DNA from: a virus
Virus record (IMG/VR): IMGVR_UViG_3300030012_002528
Span: 28,262 to 92,261 of that record
Direction: 5' to 3' (one strand)
DNA: 64,000 bases
In this document: piece after piece, positions 9,594-16,796 of the stretch
Layout: each line of letters opens with the position of its first letter
How positions within the stretch are numbered: the first letter of the stretch is position 1
Position numbers and translations under genes: made by a program
Notes under the pieces: model-generated
The model's input: only the letters and a program-made list of their open reading frames with translations
Told to the model about the DNA's origin: nothing
Database searches by the model: none

Positions 9594-9625
9594 TTTGGAT
9601 AATAGAAATATAATTCGTATATTCA
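9594..9625 (+). promoter_or_regulatory. promoter, first of the early module array
   Basis: TTTGGATA-N16-TATATTCA. Confidence 0.65.
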
Positions 9626-9724
9626 TACTATCGGAGGGGATGTATCCTTTGATATTGTTCTTTGAAATCTTGGTAAGTCCTACAGATTGTAGGCAGTATT
9701 TTTTTACCTACTAAATTTTGAACA

Positions 9725-10057
9725 ATGAAATTACGATATCAACTTGCGATGTTATTCGCTACATTATTCCAATTACTTGCTATGACATTCTTAGTCTTGT
9801 TTTATGACCTTGTCTTTCATACCTGTAATGACATATCGCCAACCTTCGCGCTTGGCTCTTTATATTGTCAGATAGTTGCATTGGCTCTGTACTTTGTTGC
9901 TGATTACTTACTCTCTAAGAAAGGCGACTCTCAGCAAAGCGCACCAAAGCCTAAGCGACATTATAAAGAGTGGTCAGAACGTAGATTCAATATCTTGTTT
10001 GCGCTCTGTATCTTTGCTTTGTATGTTTGCTTTATGGTTTTTATTTGTAGCCATTAA
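9725..10057 (+). CDS. three-TM membrane protein
   Basis: three hydrophobic segments. Confidence 0.65.
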   Translation: MKLRYQLAMLFATLFQLLAMTFLVLFYDLVFHTCNDISPTFALGSLYCQIVALALYFVADYLLSKKGDSQQSAPKPKRHYKEWSERRFNILFALCIFALYVCFMVFICSH

Positions 10058-10064
10058 TTGTTAA

Positions 10065-10088
10065 GCCCCCGAAAGGGGGCGTTTGTTT
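10065..10088 (+). terminator. hairpin / weak terminator
   Basis: GCCCCC-GAAA-GGGGGC-GTTTGTTT. Confidence 0.6.
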
Positions 10089-10106
10089 ACCCTTTAATTT
10101 TTAAAT

Positions 10107-10349
10107 ATGTCAGTAATTAACATTTATAAAAACGAAGCGTTACAATATCGTGATGCCTTAAGTAACGCCATTGATACGCTTGAATCGGAATTAAAAAAGT
10201 TAACCGATAGAGCACCTACAGTAATTGAAACCATCAGTGATGGAGACCTTTACTTAATCGAGAGTTACGCTGAGAGCATTCGATTGCTTGAAAAGATGAT
10301 GAAGCAGATAGAGGATAATGTTTCCACGCCTGCTGAACCTATTATTTAA
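10107..10349 (+). CDS. hypothetical coiled-coil protein
   Basis: 80 aa. Confidence 0.7.
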   Translation: MSVINIYKNEALQYRDALSNAIDTLESELKKLTDRAPTVIETISDGDLYLIESYAESIRLLEKMMKQIEDNVSTPAEPII

Positions 10350-10356
10350 CGCACTA

Positions 10357-10387
10357 AGCCTCGCCTTCTGGGTGGGGCTTTTTTTTT
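10357..10387 (+). terminator. intrinsic terminator
   Basis: AAGCCTCGCC-TTCTG-GGTGGGGCTT + T run. Confidence 0.8.
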
Positions 10388-10500
10388 GCCTCATCACGGG
10401 CAAGCCGTGATAAAGAATTGAGGCGAGCGAGCGAGAAAAAAATGACATAAAAAATTAGGATATGTAAGAAAAATTTTGTATACGTGTGCGTGAGCATTTC

Positions 10501-10635
10501 TTAACAAATTTTAACGAAATTTATTTGCATAGTTTAAAATGCCGTCAGAAGCCCATAGAGACGTTTTAAGAGCATTTGGTGTGGTTTTGGATCCATCACA
10601 CACGAGACTCTGAGTTTTGCCCTTAGATGCAATTG
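10501..10635 (+). repeat. ~135-bp noncoding element, copy 1
   Basis: colinear with 15434-15569 (TTTAAAAT, CGTTTTAAGRGCATTTG, CACACACGA, TCTGAGTTTTG). Confidence 0.8.
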
Positions 10636-10725
10636 TTAATAACTTTTTCAATTAAATTTGGATAGGTCAATTATTTTTCGTATACGCGCATACGTGTGCA
10701 TTAGTGTAATGGGTGTTAAAATGCG

Positions 10726-10791
10726 TTAACATTCCTTAACACTTTTTTTATACATAGGATTTGTTTTATCCAAATTGTTTTACTATATTCG
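10726..10791 (+). promoter_or_regulatory. promoter with TTAACA-N4-TTAACA 42 nt upstream of the -7 box
   Basis: TTAACA 10726/10736; TATATTCG 10784. Confidence 0.65.
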
Positions 10792-10832
10792 TAGAAGAGA
10801 TGGAGGGGTGGCTTTAACTTAAAAACTGTAAT

Positions 10833-11219
10833 ATGACAGCGAACGAACGAATACTGACTTGTATCAGTAAAGACTTTCCCGAAGCAATAGTGCAAAGGGC
10901 AAAGGAATTGGGTACGACTCTTGTTGACTTTAAAATGGGGGTTTTTGATGCGGAAACTAATTGCTTGATGGCAACCTTTGACAAGGTCGATGTGGACGAT
11001 GATTCGATAGTGGTGCAAACGGCTATGACCTTGCAACTGATGGAGCACGTAGGCTTTAGAATACAAACGGCTGAGGAGTCGAACTTGACTCTAAAACATC
11101 CAACCTTAGTTTTCTTCTTATGCTTTCCACCACAAAAGTTGATAGACCATGTGCGTGTAGAACTTGACCTTGATGACATACTCAGCAAGGCAATGGATGG
11201 AGACGATGACGATGAGTAA
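10833..11219 (+). CDS. hypothetical acidic protein
   Basis: 128 aa after the promoter. Confidence 0.7.
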   Translation: MTANERILTCISKDFPEAIVQRAKELGTTLVDFKMGVFDAETNCLMATFDKVDVDDDSIVVQTAMTLQLMEHVGFRIQTAEESNLTLKHPTLVFFLCFPPQKLIDHVRVELDLDDILSKAMDGDDDDE

Positions 11220-11286
11220 AATTGATGGGGTATGGGGCTACCTTAACGGTAGCCCCTTTTATAAAAAAATTAAAAATAAAAAACAG

Positions 11287-11430
11287 ATGAAAAAGTTAGT
11301 GTATATTGTTATTGGGTTTATTATTGTAGGCATGGTTTCTACATCATGTAGTAGAATTAACAGTTGTAAAGGACATCCTGGAATAACGCAGGATTTCGAG
11401 AACACCCAACCTAAAGGAGAACATTCTTAA
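11287..11430 (+). CDS. small lipoprotein (47 aa)
   Basis: MKKLVYIVIGFIIVGMVSTS-C lipobox-type signal. Confidence 0.6.
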   Translation: MKKLVYIVIGFIIVGMVSTSCSRINSCKGHPGITQDFENTQPKGEHS

Positions 11431-11451
11431 AATACGGTTTTTTTGTTCAAT

Positions 11452-11480
11452 GCCTCACCATATGGTGGGGCTTTTTTTTT
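11452..11480 (+). terminator. intrinsic terminator
   Basis: GCCTCACCA-TA-TGGTGGGGC + T9. Confidence 0.8.
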
Positions 11481-11532
11481 GCCTAATCACGGCTTTGCCG
11501 TGATAAAGAATGCGCCCGAAAAACACGAAAAA

Positions 11533-11561
11533 AAAGTTATCAACATTGTGTGGATAACTTT
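11533..11561. promoter_or_regulatory. inverted DnaA-box-like pair
   Basis: AAAGTTATCAACA-TTG-TGTGGATAACTTT. Confidence 0.65.
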
Positions 11562-11622
11562 ATTTGTTTATGTAAATTATTTTTTGTATTCGCGTATACG
11601 CATATTTAGATGTTAATTTTTT

Positions 11623-11688
11623 TTAACATTCGTTAACACGTTTTTTGTTGCTTTTAATTTGGATAAAAGGAATTTATTACTATCTTTG
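11623..11688 (+). promoter_or_regulatory. promoter with TTAACA pair 42 nt upstream of the -7 box
   Basis: TTAACA 11623/11633; TTTGGATA 11658; TATCTTTG 11681. Confidence 0.75.
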
Positions 11689-11708
11689 TTGAAGTAAAAC
11701 GAAACATT

Positions 11709-12419
11709 ATGGCAATAAATAATTATAATTTTAGGACAGGTAACATAGTACATTCTTTAGATGTTAAACATTCGGCAAATTCGAAAATAGGGAAAGGTAT
11801 AGTATTGCAAACGTATCATTACAGTATTGAACAGGTAGAAAATAATGATTTTACCTTGGATGCATTTAACTGTATGGACTGTCCATATAGTTTTAATCAA
11901 AACAATGGTAAAAGTGGTAAATGCTATACTCATAAAGGTATGCAGTTAATGGGGTTATTATCTAAACTTGAAAGCCTACACAAACAAAATTTGCAAGGTA
12001 AGATAAAAGAATTTAATTCAGATAATTTTAGAAAGTTTATTTCCCATAAATCAATCAAGACAGTTGACCTTATCCGATTCGGTGCCTATGGCGAAGCGGT
12101 TACACTACCTTTAGAAGTTAGGGATACATTATTCGATGTTAAAAATATTCTAAAGTGCAAAGTTACGTCATATACGCATCAATGGAGAACGGCAAACGAA
12201 ACCCGTTTCATGGCTTCTACGCATAACCTTGCCGAAATGCTACAAGCGAAAAGACTAGGTTACCGATGCTTTACCGTAACTTCTGAAGCAATAGAAGATG
12301 CTTTTAATTGTCCTGCTTCTAAAGAAAGCGAACGTAAAAAGACCTGTGTACAATGTGGTCTATGCGATGGTCAAGTTAGCGGCAAACGTAAAAAGGATAT
12401 CTATATCCTTAAGCACTAA
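11709..12419 (+). CDS. Cys-rich radical-SAM-like / gp88-like phage protein
   Basis: CMDCP, KCY, RFGAYGE, YTHQWR, CPAS...TCVQCGLC. Confidence 0.6.
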   Translation: MAINNYNFRTGNIVHSLDVKHSANSKIGKGIVLQTYHYSIEQVENNDFTLDAFNCMDCPYSFNQNNGKSGKCYTHKGMQLMGLLSKLESLHKQNLQGKIKEFNSDNFRKFISHKSIKTVDLIRFGAYGEAVTLPLEVRDTLFDVKNILKCKVTSYTHQWRTANETRFMASTHNLAEMLQAKRLGYRCFTVTSEAIEDAFNCPASKESERKKTCVQCGLCDGQVSGKRKKDIYILKH

Positions 12420-12484
12420 AAAATAGGGCAATTAATTTTGCCCTTTCAATTCTTTTTATTAACTTCAATTTAAATTAAAAAACA

Positions 12485-12679
12485 ATGGGATACAAAACAA
12501 TATTTTATTACGAAACCTACGATGGCATAAGACATCATTTCCTAACACGATTTTGCTACCGTCCAAGTGCAACATTGGCTTGGAAACAATTAAAGAAAAT
12601 GCTTAGTGAGAAGAAAGATAATATTCTCTGTATAGGTTATGATATAGGAGATGAAAATATTATTGAAATTAAATCATGA
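12485..12679 (+). CDS. hypothetical protein
   Basis: 64 aa. Confidence 0.6.
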   Translation: MGYKTIFYYETYDGIRHHFLTRFCYRPSATLAWKQLKKMLSEKKDNILCIGYDIGDENIIEIKS

Positions 12680-12801
12680 ATATATCAGTTAAACTAAACT
12701 ATAACGGAAGTATAACTTTATTTGCAGTAGTGCAAGGACAGTTAATAAGTAAAGAATATTCTTGTGGAGTAGGTAAAGCGAAAAAACTTTTTCAAGAAAA
12801 A

Positions 12802-12833
12802 TTTGGAAATTAGAAAAACATTTTGTAACTTAG
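12802..12833 (+). promoter_or_regulatory. promoter
   Basis: TTTGGAAA-N16-TAACTTAG. Confidence 0.65.
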
Positions 12834-12849
12834 AGGAAACAATGAAACA

Positions 12850-13053
12850 ATGAAAAAAGAAATTTATAAAATAGGAACACTACTAAAAGAGACTAAACTA
12901 TCAAATGCTCAATTAACGAAAGTTATACAGACAAGTATGGATGACTTAATCCAAGCAGGAGATACAGAAGACGAAGCCCTAGATAGACTATCCAAGATAA
13001 TGAATATATCAGGAGTCAAAGTAAGGAAAGCATACCTAGGGAATTTGAAATAA
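12850..13053 (+). CDS. hypothetical protein, possible HTH
   Basis: 67 aa, LSKIMNISGVKVRKAY. Confidence 0.6.
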   Translation: MKKEIYKIGTLLKETKLSNAQLTKVIQTSMDDLIQAGDTEDEALDRLSKIMNISGVKVRKAYLGNLK

Positions 13054-13072
13054 TTTGTTTCGTTGTTCATTT

Positions 13073-13143
13073 GAGCCTTGCTCTCACTAGACCGAGATGC
13101 TTTAGATTAGCACGGGGTCTACCGAGGGTAAGGCTTTTTTTTT
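13073..13143 (+). terminator. extended three-tier hairpin terminator
   Basis: GAGCCTTGCTCTC/GAGGGTAAGGCTT, TAGACC/GGTCTA, TGCT/AGCA, then T run. Confidence 0.7.
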
Positions 13144-13205
13144 GCCACGATAAATCGTGATAAAGAAGTGAGGCAAATAAAAAATAAAAAAAACAGGCGT
13201 AAAAA

Positions 13206-13237
13206 CAAAGATACGACTTTTTTTTAAATTATCCAAA
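13206..13237 (-). promoter_or_regulatory. antisense promoter
   Basis: reverse complement reads TTTGGATA-N16-TATCTTTG. Confidence 0.75.
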
Positions 13238-13291
13238 TTTTTCTTGCGAAAGTTACCAACATATTGTCGCTGAGAATGTTGATAAGTTTTA

Positions 13292-13323
13292 TTTGGATTT
13301 TAAATTTATTTGTTTTATATTAG
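13292..13323 (+). promoter_or_regulatory. promoter
   Basis: TTTGGATT-N16-TATATTAG. Confidence 0.65.
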
Positions 13324-13332
13324 AGGAAACAA

Positions 13333-13686
13333 ATGAGATATATTATGCAATTAAACACTATTGAAGACTTGAGACATCACGGAGACTTGGCTCTCTTATT
13401 ACTTAAGATAAGAATGACCTTAACCTATAAGAAGGTAGAAGGATTCATTGTACACGCTGACGAGGATAAGATAAGTTTTATTCCCGAAGGAGAGTACCAT
13501 CCAACTCTTTGTAAAAAAGAACTTGCACCCAGTGGTTACGAATGGGACGAGGGGAGAGATGTTCTTGAAATTTGTGTAAACTGCGAAGAGAACTACGAAG
13601 GATGCGAGCCCACCTTACCATACAATAAACTTGCGGAGGTATTATGTGGAGGCAAGTTTTACGGAGACGTTGCTTTCGGTAAGTAA
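13333..13686 (+). CDS. hypothetical protein
   Basis: 117 aa. Confidence 0.7.
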   Translation: MRYIMQLNTIEDLRHHGDLALLLLKIRMTLTYKKVEGFIVHADEDKISFIPEGEYHPTLCKKELAPSGYEWDEGRDVLEICVNCEENYEGCEPTLPYNKLAEVLCGGKFYGDVAFGK

Positions 13687-13717
13687 CGCACACTGGTAGC
13701 ACTGTTTTCGGTTAGAG

Positions 13718-13746
13718 TCCTCACCCAATGGGTGGGGATTTTTTTT
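13718..13746 (+). terminator. intrinsic terminator
   Basis: TCCTCACCCA-A-TGGGTGGGGA + T8. Confidence 0.8.
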
Positions 13747-13815
13747 AACTTTTTTTTTGAAATTTTTTTTGTGATAAAGAGTGTGCGCCCGAGGTGAAAA
13801 AAAAAGAGTCCTCCA

Positions 13816-13847
13816 CAAAGATACAACTTTTTTTCGATATATCCAAA
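13816..13847 (-). promoter_or_regulatory. antisense promoter
   Basis: reverse complement reads TTTGGATA-N16-TATCTTTG. Confidence 0.75.
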
Positions 13848-13866
13848 TTATTTTAGATAAATTTTT

Positions 13867-13932
13867 TTAACGTTTATTAACAGCGTGGTAATAAATTAAG
13901 TTTGGTATTTCCATTTATTTTAACTAACTTTG
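13867..13932 (+). promoter_or_regulatory. promoter with TTAAC pair 42 nt upstream of the -7 box
   Basis: TTAACG 13867/TTAACA 13877; TTTGGTAT 13901; TAACTTTG 13925. Confidence 0.7.
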
Positions 13933-13984
13933 AGAGGTCAACGACCTCGAACGGGGTTGCTTTTTTTAACCTTAAATGTAAACA

Positions 13985-14236
13985 ATGAAACATTTAGCAT
14001 TAAGTGAGATGAATGGAAATACTTTCTATTCAAATTCGTTAGGAATGACTCTTAGCGTAAAAGACAACAAAGTCTTTGATTACAAAGGTATTGAGATGCC
14101 TATTGATGACTTGCAAGTAGACACCTTGTACGTTGAATTTCTTGACCAACCAAAGTTTCAAGAACAAAGGTACAAAGAGTATCTTGCAAAGGTAAAAGAA
14201 ATGGGCAACTATTCGCCTCTATTGTTTAACTCTTAA
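13985..14236 (+). CDS. hypothetical protein
   Basis: 83 aa. Confidence 0.7.
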   Translation: MKHLALSEMNGNTFYSNSLGMTLSVKDNKVFDYKGIEMPIDDLQVDTLYVEFLDQPKFQEQRYKEYLAKVKEMGNYSPLLFNS

Positions 14237-14247
14237 ATTGTTTTCAA

Positions 14248-14511
14248 ATGGAAAATGCTTTAAACCCAAATGTCACTGGCATTTACATCTTGGAAGGTAG
14301 ACCTACCCTTCCCTACCGTTACTATCTCAAGAAGATAGATTCTACTCATTTTCAAATGGCATACGTTGCTGATGGCGAGGATGCTTCGATTGTGAATGAT
14401 GCTTTTTGTTACCATATTGGCGAGCATCGTCAGAGACCTTACTATGCTGACGTTAGGTCTTGGCTAAAAGGAGGCGAAGCCCCAACTGACAAGACCTACA
14501 CTTGGGAATAG
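14248..14511 (+). CDS. hypothetical protein
   Basis: 87 aa. Confidence 0.7.
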   Translation: MENALNPNVTGIYILEGRPTLPYRYYLKKIDSTHFQMAYVADGEDASIVNDAFCYHIGEHRQRPYYADVRSWLKGGEAPTDKTYTWE

Positions 14512-14642
14512 GCTCACGTGCCCACCGAGAGGTGGGTATCGTGATAAAGAGTGTGCGAGAAAAGACCGAAAAAAAAAGCAATGGGAGGGCGAGAAAAGAA
14601 AAAAATCAAAAATGTCTTTATCACAAATTCAAGACTCCTCCA

Positions 14643-14674
14643 CTAAGATACAAAATACTTTTCAATAATCCAAA
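14643..14674 (-). promoter_or_regulatory. antisense promoter
   Basis: reverse complement reads TTTGGATT-N16-TATCTTAG. Confidence 0.7.
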
Positions 14675-14801
14675 CACTTTAACATTTTTTTTAATTTAAT
14701 TTTAACACTCGTTAACTTGTTTTTAACACCCTTTAACATTTTGGCTATTGCATATGTCCTTACAATGTACTACTTTTGTCTTAAACAAATTATTTAAATT
14801 T

Positions 14802-14963
14802 ATGAAAGCAGTAATCCGTAATATCAAGACAGGTAAGTATCGCGTAGCCCCTGTGTACGCACGTTATAAAAAAGACCGCGTTGAGGTCATACGCGCGTTG
14901 GAGCAGTCGCTACCCGCCCACGAGCGGGTGGTGGAGGTGCATCTGAACGAAAGGGGCAAGTAG
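14802..14963 (+). CDS. small basic protein (53 aa)
   Basis: MKAVIRNIKTGKY...; promoter -7 box TACTTTTG at 14771. Confidence 0.6.
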   Translation: MKAVIRNIKTGKYRVAPVYARYKKDRVEVIRALEQSLPAHERVVEVHLNERGK

Positions 14964-15037
14964 CCCCAAGCCCACCGAAAGGTGGGCATCGTGATAAAGA
15001 ATGTGCGTGAGCAAAAAAAAAAAAAAATTATCCCATA

Positions 15038-15069
15038 CTAAGTTACGATTTTTTTTTGATATATCCAAA
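15038..15069 (-). promoter_or_regulatory. antisense promoter
   Basis: reverse complement reads TTTGGATA-N16-TAACTTAG. Confidence 0.7.
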
Positions 15070-15433
15070 TAAAGTTATCAACACGATGTGGGTAAGTTGT
15101 AGGTGTTAAATTATGTTATATATTAGGTTATATCAGATAAATTAACTATATGGGGGTGTCGGCATTTCGGCAAAGTTATTTTACCTACAATAGTTAACAT
15201 ACTTTAACTATATATATTATTATATATAACATATATATACTATAGAGCCATATAACGGCATATTCCTTTTCCTTTTAGATAAATTAACGTGTTGCGTTAA
15301 CACTTTTTAACGCAGAATACTTGCGTATGTGCAAGTTGTGACAGGTAGAGTCTTCTCACACTCGGTTTTTTGGGTTTGGAAAATAGTGGTAAAATGTGTA
15401 ACTTAGTGGGTTATTATAAGCATACTTTTGCAA

Positions 15434-15569
15434 TTAACGATTTTTAACACAATATATTTGGATAATTTAAAATCCCTTGAGAGGCTCATATTTGCGTTTT
15501 AAGGGCATTTGAGGTTCTTTTGGAACAACCACACACGAAGGTCTGAGTTTTGAGCATACAGACGATTTG
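15434..15569 (+). repeat. ~135-bp noncoding element, copy 2
   Basis: colinear with 10501-10635. Confidence 0.8.
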
Positions 15570-15700
15570 ACCTATGATTAGGACATATGGTGTTGGTAAG
15601 TTGTTAGTAACTATATATATGTATATTTGGATATGTCATATATTCTTATATACGTGTGCGTGTATTCCTATTGTAGGTAAATTTCTTAGCCGAAATTTTT

Positions 15701-15766
15701 TTAACATCTGTTAACACGTAGATTGATAATTTAATTAGAATAATTCAAAATGAATCACTATATTTA
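15701..15766 (+). promoter_or_regulatory. promoter with TTAACA pair 42 nt upstream of the -7 box
   Basis: TTAACA 15701/15711; TATATTTA 15759. Confidence 0.7.
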
Positions 15767-15807
15767 CATCAGCGATGGAGGGGATGCCTAATACTAAATA
15801 ATACATT

Positions 15808-16713
15808 ATGAATTTAGAAAACTTATTGAACAACATTGAAAACGCTAACGCAAAGGCTACTGAAAACCTTAATGGTATTCGTGAGAAGTTATTCGAAGTC
15901 CAAGACATCACGATTGATGCTCCTTTCGAAAACTATGAGAATCCAAAAACGCAAGTCATCTACACAAGCGATGGGCGTTACTTAGGAACGTGTGGAGATA
16001 AGTACAAGTCTATACAGCCAAGTACGTTTCTTGACCAAGTGGTGCAGTCTGTAGAGGGTTGTGGTTCTGAGAAATTTGATTTATCCAAATTAACTTACAG
16101 GGAAGTAAAAAACGGATGCGAAATTATCTTCCGACTACCTTTAGGTAATTCAACTTGGATTAATCGAAATGGCAAAAGTGAGGATAGACAAAACTTCATT
16201 GACTTCCGAACAGGGTTTGGAGGTACGGCACGTACTCAAATCAGCACATACGAATATCGTCTGATTTGCTCTAATGGAATGATGGGATGGGCTGAGCAGT
16301 CTATGCTACAAGCGAAGCATACGGAACGTATGAATGCCAAAGCATTGCTTTTCTGTGATGCGATTGTTCAACTTGCTGAGTCTATTGAGAACACTACGGA
16401 GTTGTACAAGCACTTAGACAAGATATCGGTAACTGATAAGGAAATTGATGCCTTTGCTCGAAAGTTATCTAAGATAAATTTAACTGAGGATATGGATAAG
16501 GTGTCCACACGTAAAACGAACATCTACAATTCACTACGTGAGTCCATCGCTATCGAATTTGCTCGGAGTGGTACATCAGCATATGGATTGCTACAAGGTG
16601 CCACGCACTTCACTAACCACGTTGCAAGTGGTCATGGAGAGGAATATATCCTTGCTCGGAGTGGTGCCAAGACTAACGCACTTGCTCAGTCTTTGGTAAC
16701 TGCAATGGTATAA
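15808..16713 (+). CDS. DUF932/DUF945 family protein
   Basis: LG.....Y..IQ, RLICSNGM, KHT, GTSAYGLLQGATHFTNH. Confidence 0.85.
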   Translation: MNLENLLNNIENANAKATENLNGIREKLFEVQDITIDAPFENYENPKTQVIYTSDGRYLGTCGDKYKSIQPSTFLDQVVQSVEGCGSEKFDLSKLTYREVKNGCEIIFRLPLGNSTWINRNGKSEDRQNFIDFRTGFGGTARTQISTYEYRLICSNGMMGWAEQSMLQAKHTERMNAKALLFCDAIVQLAESIENTTELYKHLDKISVTDKEIDAFARKLSKINLTEDMDKVSTRKTNIYNSLRESIAIEFARSGTSAYGLLQGATHFTNHVASGHGEEYILARSGAKTNALAQSLVTAMV

Positions 16714-16721
16714 AGTAAAAT

Positions 16722-16737
16722 CCCCTCTTCGGAGGGG
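16722..16737 (+). terminator. hairpin / terminator
   Basis: CCCCTC-TTCG-GAGGGG. Confidence 0.65.
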
Positions 16738-16782
16738 TTAACTTTCTTTAACAATTGGATTGATATATTATCCTTAACTTAG
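16738..16782 (+). promoter_or_regulatory. TTAACA-pair promoter (21-nt class)
   Basis: TTAACT 16738/TTAACA 16748; TAACTTAG 16775. Confidence 0.65.
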
Positions 16783-16796
16783 ATAAAAATAAAGCA

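Larger units (their letters stand above)
10407..15000 (+). repeat. dispersed GTGATAAAGA motif (6 plus copies, 1 minus copy)
   Basis: 10407, 11500, 13157, 13771, 14541, 14991; reverse copy at 14615; each plus copy follows a terminator or hairpin. Confidence 0.9.

Noticed and set aside
9410-9613. 67-aa W/G/V-rich ORF
   Set aside because: Artefact of the G/T low-complexity tract.
10400-15010. CRISPR array interpretation of the GTGATAAAGA repeats
   Set aside because: Conserved core is only ~10 nt, spacing is 0.45-1.7 kb with genes in between, and there is no cas operon.
15094-15121. dif-like site (TTATGTTATAT)
   Set aside because: Only a XerD-like arm; no matching XerC arm at 6-nt spacing.
15335-15361. 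GTTGTGA...TCACAC, resembling the ends of a Bacteroidota type II-C repeat
   Set aside because: Single 27-nt copy, too short and with an imperfect 3' end.
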